This document shows, one piece after another, positions 14,530 to 24,782 of a stretch of DNA of 64,000 nucleotides. The stretch is from Oculina patagonica (lineage: Eukaryota): NCBI RefSeq assembly GCF_052425735.1, contig NC_135770.1:31248001-31312000 (forward strand), given 5' to 3'. Each line of letters opens with the position of its first letter. The first letter of the stretch is position 1. A program made the position numbers and the translations under genes. Below the pieces are notes generated by a model that had not been told where the DNA came from, did no database searches, and saw nothing but the letters and a program-made list of their open reading frames with translations.

Positions 14530-14902
14530 GACTGTTGTTGTCATAGTTAGTTCTCTTGACTATGTTGTTGTTAAGACCATTTTGTGCATAATCTATTATT
14601 GTTTTTTCCAGCGCGCCCATATACCAAGATCACTACTTCAGATCTTAGAGAAGGATGGAAAAAAGGACGAGAAAAAACCTAAACAGGAAAAACCAGACAA
14701 AGAACAAATAGACCCTGAAGAGGAAGACGACGACTCGACGAAGGACGACAAATCTCCGAAGCGGACACGATCACACACGAGGGAAACACTGAAAGACAAA
14801 CGAAAGTCGCGCAGATCACGCTCTCGCTCCAGGTCACCTCCGCGAAAGAAACGCGAGAAAAGCGCTGGGGAGGAGAGTGCGAGTGAAGGAGAAATAAACT
14901 AA
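252..14902 (+). CDS. SYMPK: Symplekin, 5'-partial (gene starts upstream of window), 23 exons in window
   Basis: GT-AG exons with consistent phases: 252-527, 1017-1124, 2064-2118, 2589-2638, 2877-2915, 3175-3286, 3854-3882, 4314-4371, 5019-5208, 5662-5743, 6049-6231, 6737-6812, 7652-7745, 7924-7993, 8640-8748, 9231-9422, 10135-10236, 11252-11361, 13271-13348, 13445-13492, 13779-13847, 14249-14308, 14612-14902 (stop). Symplekin-like motifs: '[29 protein letters not shown]', 'SWLYQEY', '[17 protein letters not shown]', '[12 protein letters not shown]', '[16 protein letters not shown]'. Confidence 0.95.
2968..3147. repeat. (ACGG)n/(ACGA)n compound microsatellite in SYMPK intron
   Basis: Tetranucleotide tandem repeats directly visible. 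Confidence 0.9.
4408..4594 (-). mobile_element. tRNA-derived SINE, internally deleted copy
   Basis: Minus-strand head 'agcagggatgtcacagtggtgagagcgctc'; homologous to the copy at 36208-36660. Confidence 0.6.
4693..4975. mobile_element. MITE family, further copies at ~3908-4110 and ~15788-16056
   Basis: Inverted ends ttttcacttgagtgtcg / cgacactcaattgaaaa; three related copies in the window. Confidence 0.65.
7314..7540 (+). mobile_element. tRNA-derived SINE, second family (copies at 44730-45015 and a remnant around 12400-13190)
   Basis: B-box GGTTCGAGCC followed by shared body 'cattgcgtcgtgtacttgagcaagacacttaactctcacagt'. Confidence 0.65.
8164..8554. mobile_element. pogo/Tc1-mariner-type MITE
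   Basis: TIRs CCGTATTTATTC..TTAAGCGCCC / GGGCGCTTAATCGAATAAATACGG, TA TSD, internal AATAAGCGCCC subrepeats. Confidence 0.8.
8885..9118. mobile_element. Palindromic MITE remnant
   Basis: Internal inverted repeats ggacacaaa / tttgtgtcc and aaatgtttc / gaaacattt. Confidence 0.5.
10477..11009. mobile_element. Unclassified non-autonomous element: long hairpin + TTCCGAAGAT subrepeats + short hairpin
   Basis: Near-perfect 164-nt palindrome 10477-10640, tandem (T)TCCGAA subrepeats 10675-10830, second hairpin 10910-10955. Degenerate relative at ~26810-27000. Confidence 0.65.
12456..13104. mobile_element. Non-autonomous DNA transposon with 9-bp TSD, inserted into an older SINE
   Basis: TIR TAATCTCGTACCCAGAT / ATCTGGGTACGAGATTA; direct repeat GGTGAGGAC at 12447-12455 and 13105-13113; the flanks rejoin into SINE body sequence. 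Confidence 0.8.
14497..14530. repeat. (TTG)n microsatellite
   Basis: Directly visible. Confidence 0.9.
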
Positions 14903-15629
14903 GTGAACATGGCACTAGTTGGATGTATTCCGCTTGAGCTACCAGGCGACTGCAAAAGCCAGGGTAAAGTTTCACCGCGTATAGTATTCAAAAAGAAACT
15001 TGGCGTGGATACTTCACGTACAGGACAAGAACAAATTCAAAACAAGCCGAGATTTAGTCGAGGCAGTCTTAAAACGGTCCTCAAGAGATGTGTGAGAACC
15101 GATCAGAGAAATTCCATTCTGATGACGTAGCTCTACGCAGATCCGTGTAGCGTCCTCTGATTGGTTGTTGCCCGACTTTGAATTTTCCCGCGCAGGTGAC
15201 AACCAATCGGAAACAAGGAGCTTCGTCATCAGTAGGATCTCAGAGACTTTTCTCCGTGGACTAAATCTAAAGGGGAGACGATTCCTTTCTACCCCGGGAG
15301 GTCTGCCAAGAACGAAAGAATCTTAATTTTTTTTAAAGAAGCTCTGTCAATTGATAACAAAAAAAAACATCAGACTGCACCGAACTGACCAAGCCATAAC
15401 TTGGAAACTGGAGAGAAATACTGGAAATATGCGCGGGTGCCTCCGTTTTTTTATTTTACGCAAAGGCTAAACTGGCTTGATGGGGCATCGCTCGCTATCG
15501 TTGTATATAAGTAATGTGTTTTTTGTAAGTTCCAGCCGAAACATTTTCATTTCTTGTACAGGCTCTCTAGCTTGTAACTGTAAATTATTGGACACTGTCC
15601 TCGTTGTAGGATGTTCAAATATTGAGGCA

Positions 15630-15635
15630 AATAAA
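15630..15635 (+). promoter_or_regulatory. Probable SYMPK polyadenylation signal AATAAA
   Basis: AATAAA about 730 nt after the stop codon, followed by GT-rich sequence (gcgttgtgctcttg). Confidence 0.5.
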
Positions 15636-16089
15636 GGCCTGGTGAGAAGTGTTCAATGCGTTGTGCTCTTGCCGAAACCACTTGTTACAAAGTAAACATC
15701 TCTCTTTAAAATCTTTTAAAGTTTTTAATATTCTTCTGCCATGCAAAGTTAATTTTAATTAACAACTCAAATTTGGATTAAAACCTTAGAGCAGTTTTAA
15801 GTTGAGTGGCGTACAACCAAACCAAAGTAGTGTAAACCCTGGCCAATCGGAAAGGACGCAAACGATTCCAGTGAACCAATCAAAACTCGAAGCAAATACA
15901 GGCACCCGGCACGAAGCGCGGGAAAACATGCGGTTTTGGTTTTACATCTGACTGGCTGAGAAAATGGCGCGAGTGTTTTAATCCAATCACTAGACGTAAA
16001 AATGCAAAACCAAAGCAAACGCGTATTACTTTCGACACTCAAGTAAAAACCGCTCTCACCTCAAATGATAGTATTGAACTTACTGTAAC

Positions 16090-16569
16090 CACAGGCTGAC
16101 AATTCTCTGTGTTCGAGGCCGCGTGACGAAGTGTCACGATACGCGCTATTTAATCTCATACGTTCACTGTAATTGTAACGATTGACCTCGGCTGAGCCAA
16201 CTGATCGTGAGAAATGCCCATAAAATACTAATTTTGTAAGCCAGATAAAGAAGTTCACTCACCTTATCGTTTGTGTGATCTTTTGTGATTTTTGTTGGGG
16301 GGGGGGGGACGACTAGCAAGGAAAACGGCCTCAACACCCCATAAAATCACAAAAGAGCACAAACGATAAAAGGTGAGTGAACCATTTACCTGGCTTACAG
16401 TTGATCAAAGTTTGCAATCGAAAGATGCAAAATCGGTATTATGGAGCATTTCTCACGATCAGTTGCTCAAGCCGAGGTCAATCGAAAACACAGTGAACGT
16501 ATGAGATCAAAAGCGCATATCGTGACACTTTCGTCACGCGGCCCAAACACAGAGAATTGTCAGCCTGTG
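16090..16569. mobile_element. 480-bp foldback MITE, CACAGGC termini, 7-bp TSD
   Basis: Near-whole-length palindrome; TSD CTGTAAC at 16083-16089 and 16570-16576. Confidence 0.85.
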
Positions 16570-18798
16570 CTGTAACTTACATAATAATCATGGACAAGTT
16601 ACGTTTATTCAGTTCGAAAATTTTCAAAATAATACCGACGAGATCTGAACATTTGCCACAGTTTTGACGAGAACGTAACCACAGCCACGCGATGTAGGCT
16701 GTAAGGAGTGTCGCAAACATGCACTGAACGATTTTTCCATATAACAAGCAACAGCTTAGAACGTGCATCCACAAATGATGAATTCATACGAAATTTTTCG
16801 ATACATTGCTCAGAAAGAAGTCATTGCTTCCCCAAACAGTTTGGAGCAACTCTCCTGCCAGAAATATAGATTGAAATTGTTTTTATTCACACGTTGAAGG
16901 GAAATTCTTCTCCCTGGATTGCTGTACTCATAGTAGAGTTTCATGACCGTTTTTTTTTTACCAGTTGCTTTGTTGTAAACAATACTTTAAAAATATAGCG
17001 ATATACTATATATAAGTCACAAACCTGGTCTAGTGCTTATTCAACCGTCTCTGAATAAGTTAGAAGTCCTTTTTCACTTCATATCAGTGACGATTCGCAT
17101 TTACATCTAACATTTTAAGCACTCGTTTTCAAATACAATCTCCTCCCTTGAGCCCGTTTTTTTGGTCAGCATCAAGAATGCGGACTCCCAGCCAATCAGA
17201 TTTGAGTATGGATTTCCGGAAGTCCGTGAATCGCGGGCTTGCTAGACTCCTCGTTCTTGGCGCTGACCAAAAGAAAAGCAGGCTCTGGGAACAAGATTGT
17301 TCCAGATCGTGTGGCACAAACACAGTCCTCAATTTCTTTCTGTCTTTTGCTTTTCATGAATTTAAAAGTGGTTGAATGTTTAGTAGTTTAAAGCAGATCT
17401 TGATTTTCGTGTTTTTGCAGCACGGAAGATGGCCTTGAAATGTTACTATTTACTAACTGAGGTAGTTCCTCTTTCTTGCATGTCAATGCTGATCAATATA
17501 GTAAATTCCTACATTCGCCTGCTTTCTGGGTGTCAACGCTGCACGATGAGATGAAAACAGGTTTCCTTGATGATGAGTCCGGAAAAACGAGTTCAAACAG
17601 CCAAAAGTGTGACCATTCGGCATTCGAGAGTACAAAGTTGTCACGTGATTAGTTACTAAGCAACTCCGATAAGAACAATGTGGGCTCAGTCTGGTCCGCC
17701 GGCGGTGCTTACCATTTGACCAAAAACCCCTGTAGTTTAGCTTTGGTGATTTTCAGTAACTTTCGCTGAATTTTAGCAGTAATTGTTCAGGAAAATTGGT
17801 TCGGAAATTGTGTTCGGACCGCGTTTTGAGGTAGTTCTTTCATCCCGGTTGGTTGAACCGTCGGAAAATTCTTTCTCCCTTTTCCAATCGACGATCAAGA
17901 GAAATTTATTTAAAAATTATAAACGGCTAGACACCATTTTCGGTCAGTTCGTTGATTTTAGAAAAACATTTCAAGATTCTTCAACGGTGGTTCCAACCGG
18001 GGTTCTTTTTTCCGGTAACTGGTAAACACCCCGGAATTCACTATCTATTAAAATAAAGAAAACTTTTCGCCAAAATTGCTCATAATCTAAATGACCATTC
18101 GTGTAAAAAGAAATATATAGTAAATGCTTCTCGATAGCAGGCTAAATTTTTAACAAAAAGGCTAACAATTTGTTGAATAATAAAATAGTCATCCTGCATA
18201 ATCTTGCAAAATGTTTCATCTGATTCTAGCCTTGTCTGCTAAATGTCAGGCAATATTCTACGCGATTTTGCGGGAAATGAGCGACTAAGCTAAGCTAAGC
18301 TTTACCATCAATACATGGCGCGATGCATTACAAAATTACCGTATTAGGAATTAAATTAATCTCTGTAAATCATGGATAGGCGTTTCAGTCAGAAGCTCAC
18401 ATCAGTTTCCTCTGTACTTGACAATTCAGCTCCTGCAAATAGAAAATATCCTATAAGTGGGTACACTTCTTAACATATTACCTACACGTTGGATGTGCCT
18501 AAGTACAAAGCGAAAACCTACGTAGATGTATATGAGAAATGTATTCAAAGCAAATTTAACTGGCTTTTTTTCACCTAGCGGCTATTCGCAGGCTTCTAAC
18601 GAGGCACTTACGAAATTTTAGAAAATAGGCCTTGATAGTTTAGCAGAAGGCAAAAAAATAAATTACCCTCATATACACACAATAATCATCCATTAACAAG
18701 TACAAATACTTCATTATACTAATTAAAAGAATAGGACTTCCATTTCCTAGAAAACTTATTACAAGTGCATATCAATCACAAAAGAGGTCAATGCTGGT

Positions 18799-21700
18799 TC
18801 ACTTACCATGCTGTTCTTCTTTGCTTTTTCCAACTTCTAACGTGACATCATCACCAATGAGTACAAACGGAGCCCAGTGCTTAACAGAAACAGACTTCTT
18901 TTGCTCTCTAACACATTTCATAGCTCTGTCAACAGCTACACTGGCGCTTTTACCATCTGTCAAATGTTGGTAGAAGCATCTCATGAACTTTATGGTCGCA
19001 TCGGTGTCAAGGTGCCAGAGTGCGACCAGAACGGAACGAGCACCAGCTGCCAGGAAAGCCCGTGCCATGCCAATGACACCATCAGGGGTAATCTCGCCTT
19101 GAGCAGAATGAGAACAGCTTAGCACAACAAGCCTGGCTCGCAGCTGAAGACTTAGCACTTCTGCCAGCGTCAACATGTAGTCTTTCGTCTCAGGGATCAT
19201 GTTCTTCCGTGCGGGATTTGGAGCCAAAACAATTTCACCCGTTTCCGTCTTGACATGGGCTGCAATGTGAATCAAGGCAACGGAACTGATTCGACTCAGT
19301 ACCTCGTCTTTAGCCGCGTCTCTTCCAATAAGCGGTGGGATATCCAGCATTTCACCTATCATCCCAACTTCCTTCCGGGCGTATGGCAAAGGAATATATT
19401 TAGCCTCGCCGGACTTGTAGGTAGCTACCTCCATACATGGATCTCCCACGAGAAGCGCCCCGCTCGTAGAGTGGTATTCTTCAGGACAATTCTTGATCAG
19501 GTATAAACTTGTCAATGAGGGAATGACACGGATCCTGATAGTTTCACTGAGATATCTTGAGGCTTCATTCTTAAAAGCAGCAAAAGGAGCTAACCACAGT
19601 GGACCATCTGGGACAATGATTAATTCTTCACCTTGAAGCTTGTTTGCAATGGGACCAATAACACTATTGAACAAATCATCAAGTGACTTTCCTTTGACGC
19701 GTAACACCTCCATCAAATCTAGATCATTTTTCTCGTAAAGCGTCAACTGACCTTCTTGCAATTGCTCCTCCATCGGACGGCACGAGTTTCTGAGAAGGGC
19801 ATAGATGTCAAGATCTTTGAAAGCTCTTTTCATCAACAAGGCAGGATCTTCGATTTCCTTCCTTTCATAGTGAATTTCTTCTCCCTTGACGAGCCATAAA
19901 TTTATAGTGCCAGTTTCAAGTGCCACAAAGAGTATTGGTGTAGGCAGGCCAGTTAATATGCGAGGAATTGTTTCTTTAGGATCAGACAACTCAGAATGAA
20001 GACATCCAATGTCGTACTGCACCTTAATGAGATCTTTTAATGCCAGTCCACGTCCTTGCTCAGCTACATACAAAGCCTCGTCAGTCTTTCCAAGCTTTGC
20101 CAAAGTTCTCCACAACGCGGTGTACGCTTGTAGACATCTCTTACGAAAGGTTATCTTCCACGCATCCTGGTTTTGAAGGAGAGCTCTCATGTTATTATAC
20201 ACATCCACACTTGATCGATAATAGGGTAGAGCCTCTTCTGTGGAATCCAAGCGTTCATAATCACAGCCTAGAGAATAAAACGCACCACCCTCTCCATTTC
20301 TGTCTCCGACTTCTTTGGCAATACCAAGGGCTTTCTTGTGGTACTCTATCGCTTGCTTGTAATCACCGAGACTGCTGTAGGTATCACCAAGATTTCCATA
20401 GGCACGTCCCTCTTCAGCCTTGTCCCCGATTTCTTTTGCAATGCTTAGGCCTTGCTTGAGGTACTCTTCGGATTCCTCTAAGTTACCTTGAATTCTGCAA
20501 ACGACGCCAATATTTCCACAGCTACGTCCTTCCTCCGCCCTGTCCCCAATTTCTTTGACAATGGCAAGATCTTCCTTATTGTACTTTAGGGCTCGCCTAA
20601 AATCACCGAGGCTGATGTAAGAAAAGCCAAGATTACCATAGGCGCGTCCTTCTTCAGCCTTGTCTCCGATTTCCTTGGAAATGCACAAATCTTCCTTGTG
20701 GCACTCACTGGCTTCTTCAAAATCACCCAGACCTTGGTAAGCAACGCCAAGATTTCCATAGGCGCGTCCTTGTTCAGCCTTGTTTCCGCTTTCCTTGGCA
20801 ATGCTCAAGTCTTGCTGGTGGCACTCAATCGCTTGTTTAAAATCGCCGATACTGCTATATGCAAGGCCTAGATTTCCGTAGGCACGTCCTTCCTCAGACC
20901 TGTCTCCGACTTCTTTGGCAATGGTTAAATCTTGCTTGAGGTACTCGATGGCTTTTTCAAAATCACTAAGACTTCTATAAGCGAGGCCAAGATTCCCATA
21001 GGCACGTCCTTCTTCAGCCCTGTCTTCGACTTCTTTGGCAATGCTTAAATCTTGCTCGTGGTACTCAATGGCTCGTTTAAAATCACCGAGACTGCTGTAT
21101 ACAAGGCCAAGATTTCCATAGGCGCGTCCTTCTTCAGCCCTGTCTCCGACTTCTTTGGCAATGTTTAAATCTTGCGTGTGGTACTCAATGGCTTGTTTAA
21201 AATCACCACGACGACTATAGGTAAGGCCAAAATTTCCATAGGCACGCCCCTCCTCTGCCCTATCTCCGATTTTTTTGGCAATGCTCAAGTGTTCCTTATG
21301 GTACTCAGTAGCCCGTTTAAAATTGCCAAGGCTGCTGTAAGCAAGGCCAAGGTTTCCATAAGCACGGCCCTCTTCAGCCCTATCTCCAATTTTTAGGGCA
21401 ATGCCTAAATCGCGCTTGTGATACACAATGGCTTCTTTAAAATCGCCGAGACTTCTGTAACCCAGGCCAAGATTTCCAAAGGCGCGTCCTTCTTCAGCCC
21501 TGTCCCCGATTTCCCTGGCAATGCTTAGATCTTGATTGTGATACTCAATGGCTTGTTTAAAATCGCCGAGACTGTTATAAGCAAGGCCAAGATTCCCATA
21601 TGCACGTCCTTCTGCAGCCTTGCCACCGACTTCTTTGGCAATGGTTAATTCTTGCTTGTGGTACTCAACGGCTGGTTTAAAATCACCGAGACGTCTAGAG

Positions 21701-22173
21701 GCAAGGCCAAGATTACCATAGGCACGTCCTTCTGCAGCTCTGCCACCGACTTCTTTGGCAATGCTTAATTCTTGCTTGTGGTACTCAAGGGCTTGTTTAA
21801 AATCACCGAGATTGCTGTAAGCGAGGCCAAGATTTCCATAGGCACGTCCTTCCTCTGTCCTGTCGCCGATTTCTATTGCAATGCTAAGATCTTGCTTGTG
21901 GTACTCAATGGCTTGTTTAAAATTGCCGAGACCGCTGTGAGAAAAGCCAAGATTTCCATATGCGCGTCCTTCCTCTGCCCTGTCCCCGAGTTCTTTGGCA
22001 ATGTTTAAGTCTTGCTTGTGGAACTCAATGGCTTGTTTAAAATCACTGAAACTGCTGTAAGCAAGGCCAAGATTTCCATATGCACGTCCTTCTTCAGCTC
22101 TGTCCCCGACTTCTTTAGCCATGCCAAGACGTTTCTCAAGTCTCTCTATAACTTTAGAATTGTTTTCTGACAT
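18799..22173 (-). CDS. TTC28-like TPR-CHAT protein (16 x 40-aa TPR + C-terminal CHAT caspase-like domain, probably catalytically inactive)
   Basis: Uninterrupted 1124-aa ORF; repeated 'GDRAEEGRAYGNLG..Y..LGDFKQAIEYH' units; CHAT motifs 'LIIVPDGPLWLAPFAA', 'LIHIAAH', 'LVVLSCSHS', 'RAFLAAGARSVLVALW', 'HWAPFVLIG'. A splice acceptor lies 55 nt upstream of the ATG (exon edge 22228). Confidence 0.93.
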   Translation of the reverse strand: MSENNSKVIERLEKRLGMAKEVGDRAEEGRAYGNLGLAYSSFSDFKQAIEFHKQDLNIAKELGDRAEEGRAYGNLGFSHSGLGNFKQAIEYHKQDLSIAIEIGDRTEEGRAYGNLGLAYSNLGDFKQALEYHKQELSIAKEVGGRAAEGRAYGNLGLASRRLGDFKPAVEYHKQELTIAKEVGGKAAEGRAYGNLGLAYNSLGDFKQAIEYHNQDLSIAREIGDRAEEGRAFGNLGLGYRSLGDFKEAIVYHKRDLGIALKIGDRAEEGRAYGNLGLAYSSLGNFKRATEYHKEHLSIAKKIGDRAEEGRAYGNFGLTYSRRGDFKQAIEYHTQDLNIAKEVGDRAEEGRAYGNLGLVYSSLGDFKRAIEYHEQDLSIAKEVEDRAEEGRAYGNLGLAYRSLSDFEKAIEYLKQDLTIAKEVGDRSEEGRAYGNLGLAYSSIGDFKQAIECHQQDLSIAKESGNKAEQGRAYGNLGVAYQGLGDFEEASECHKEDLCISKEIGDKAEEGRAYGNLGFSYISLGDFRRALKYNKEDLAIVKEIGDRAEEGRSCGNIGVVCRIQGNLEESEEYLKQGLSIAKEIGDKAEEGRAYGNLGDTYSSLGDYKQAIEYHKKALGIAKEVGDRNGEGGAFYSLGCDYERLDSTEEALPYYRSSVDVYNNMRALLQNQDAWKITFRKRCLQAYTALWRTLAKLGKTDEALYVAEQGRGLALKDLIKVQYDIGCLHSELSDPKETIPRILTGLPTPILFVALETGTINLWLVKGEEIHYERKEIEDPALLMKRAFKDLDIYALLRNSCRPMEEQLQEGQLTLYEKNDLDLMEVLRVKGKSLDDLFNSVIGPIANKLQGEELIIVPDGPLWLAPFAAFKNEASRYLSETIRIRVIPSLTSLYLIKNCPEEYHSTSGALLVGDPCMEVATYKSGEAKYIPLPYARKEVGMIGEMLDIPPLIGRDAAKDEVLSRISSVALIHIAAHVKTETGEIVLAPNPARKNMIPETKDYMLTLAEVLSLQLRARLVVLSCSHSAQGEITPDGVIGMARAFLAAGARSVLVALWHLDTDATIKFMRCFYQHLTDGKSASVAVDRAMKCVREQKKSVSVKHWAPFVLIGDDVTLEVGKSKEEQHGK

Positions 22174-24782
22174 TTTTTGATAGATGTATCACAAGGGAGA
22201 ATTCTCTTGCCCCTAGTCAATAGCACACCTGGAAGAGATAAATGATAAAGCATACCTTGGATCTTAGTAACTGAAACCTGGTTTCAGTGATTCTTTGAAA
22301 TCCCACTTGTATCTGACTGACTAACTCAGTTTCCGTGGTAACTTTTAGGTTTTAAACGGGCCATTGATTCCACTGGCCCCTAGCTTTTCTCTTTACGTTT
22401 CGAAGACCACACGTGAAGAAAAAAAAACACAACAATTATCATCTCATCTCAAAGGCCGACCACACACTTACGCGGTTGGAATGGTTAAATGTTATGCTAA
22501 ATGTCATATACAGGGATAAATTATTTAAAAAACGAACGAGTACGAAAAGCAATTATTTTGGTCCAAAAATAGAGTGTTTCGATTCTCCAGCACACCAGCA
22601 TCCCGAAACGACGCCCTTCGTCTAAAACGACCTTACAATTAATATTCAATCCCAGTTTGTAAGATCTCAACGGAGCTTCTGTCTTGCTATATTCATATTC
22701 ATGGTGCAATTGCAGCGATCTAGAATGTGCCGAATAAATTAATACATCTCAAAATCTTAATTTTTTACAAAATGAAACAACTAGCAAACCTTAGCTTGAC
22801 AAACTGTCTTTCGTAATTACCATAGAAAATTGTGTTTCCTGAGCTGAATCTACAGTTATTAAAACAGTTAAGGTGGCAGTGAATTTCAAGAACAAACTGT
22901 TTTTGTTCCAAAATAGAGCTTCAAGGAGTCTCTCAGCCTAGCAGTAACACAGTCGTTTTATGAAAATTCACTTTACAGCAATGTAGTGTTAACCTTATAC
23001 GCTGGTTTATCGACGGTTAATGCTTAAGCTGAATGAAGTTTCATCGACCCATTTTTTTTATTTCAAACGTGTTTCAGAAGCAAACGGGAAGCAGGAAGAC
23101 GAAATATTTTTTGCTGTATGGCGAAGGAAAAATGTGCCTTAAAATATTGCATGAAAGTCAGGGGTTTTTTTTTTATCGATTATTTCTTACGTAACCAGAG
23201 AATAAACAGCAACATTTTAGAGAAAGTTGGGCAGGTGAGGCAGCAACAATATTATAAAACTGCAAAGAAAAGTTATGGCACTGATATAGATTTAAAGTTT
23301 AGTTTTCATGCATAATTTGGATTTGAAACTTCAGTTTCCTGTAACATCTAGGTTTTATATTTCAGTTTCTACCGATGTTCCTAGATTTTTCGGTTTTCAT
23401 GCAACGAGTTGCTTGTAGATTTCAGTTTTCGGCATGTGGGTGTTTCCTTTCGGTTTGAGGAGTTTGATCTAATGTATATCGAGCCGTCTGCCACGAGTAA
23501 AAATGTTTAACCACTCCTTGTGAATATGACAGGACTTGACGCCGACCATGCAGTGGTGATCGCTGGCGGCTCCCTCCGCAATTTGTTGTGTTGTTTGCGT
23601 CTTTCCTTATAATAGAAATGTTTTCTATTCGGCTGAGCGAAGCGAAAAAGAATAGGATTAACATTTACCAATGCAAAGTTCGAACTTAGGTTCTATGAAC
23701 TAATAGAAAACCATAACCGAGAAATAAATGTGCTTGGCCAACGTTTCGTAGTTATTAAACGAAACGATTCTGTGTTTTAGGCAAAAGAGGAAATCTTCAA
23801 AATGCCATTGTGGAAACTTACGTCAAAACGAAATTGCTGAAGGAGTAGTGCAATAAAGTGATTCACTGACTTGCAACAATGCGAAAATTACTCAATTCAT
23901 GTTTACAAAGAGTTGTTCGAGTCTAAACCGTTCAAGGTACAAATAATGTACCGCAAACATTTCAAAACCAAGCCTCATTATTTTTTGGCGGGTGATTTTT
24001 TAAAATGATGGGGATTTTGTCACGAGGATCTTTGTTTCTCAAAATTTGTCGAGATTATGTCTGGGAGGCATCTGGCGTCTGAAATATTTTAAGTGCTTGC
24101 GTATAACTGAACTGGTAAGACATCTTATAAACATAACGAAATGAAAAACAAAATAAGCTGTTCTCGCATTCTTCCAATGAACATTTCACAACACAATGAT
24201 ATTAAATACCAAATGAGCTTTATATTACGAGGCTTATAACCTAGAATAAAAAAAACCTTCGTTCTTTTATGCTTGCCGTTCTTATAGCGTTTCTGACTAT
24301 TCCACGACATACTGGGTAATTTTCCCGCGGGAAGATAACATCCTTACTATGAGACAAAATATTGTGTGGGAGGGCTCTCATATGAAAAGTCGTTGCGTGG
24401 AATTCAACCAATATAAAATTGTTAAACTTAAGTTTCAAAAAGAACGCGTTCTGAAGAAACGGGGAACAACTGATATTTTAAATTTTTGAGGGCGATGGTC
24501 GTCGGAAAATTTTATTTAAATCCCTAAAAGAAGACCAATCGGGGCGTGGTTCAAGCTTGTTAACCCCTAAAAGATAACAACCGTAATAAAGACGGCTAAA
24601 AATACCGATATTCTGTCTTCAACACTTTAAGGAGGCCAACGCGAATCCCTGTCCATTTCATATCGAAGTCCTCCCCCCCCCCCCCCCCCCCCCGGTTACC
24701 TTTCCTCAATCTACAGCAACATGCCGATTTAAAGTGTGTATTGCGCAAAATTTAAAGATAACAGTTAACTGCAAAAACTTAC

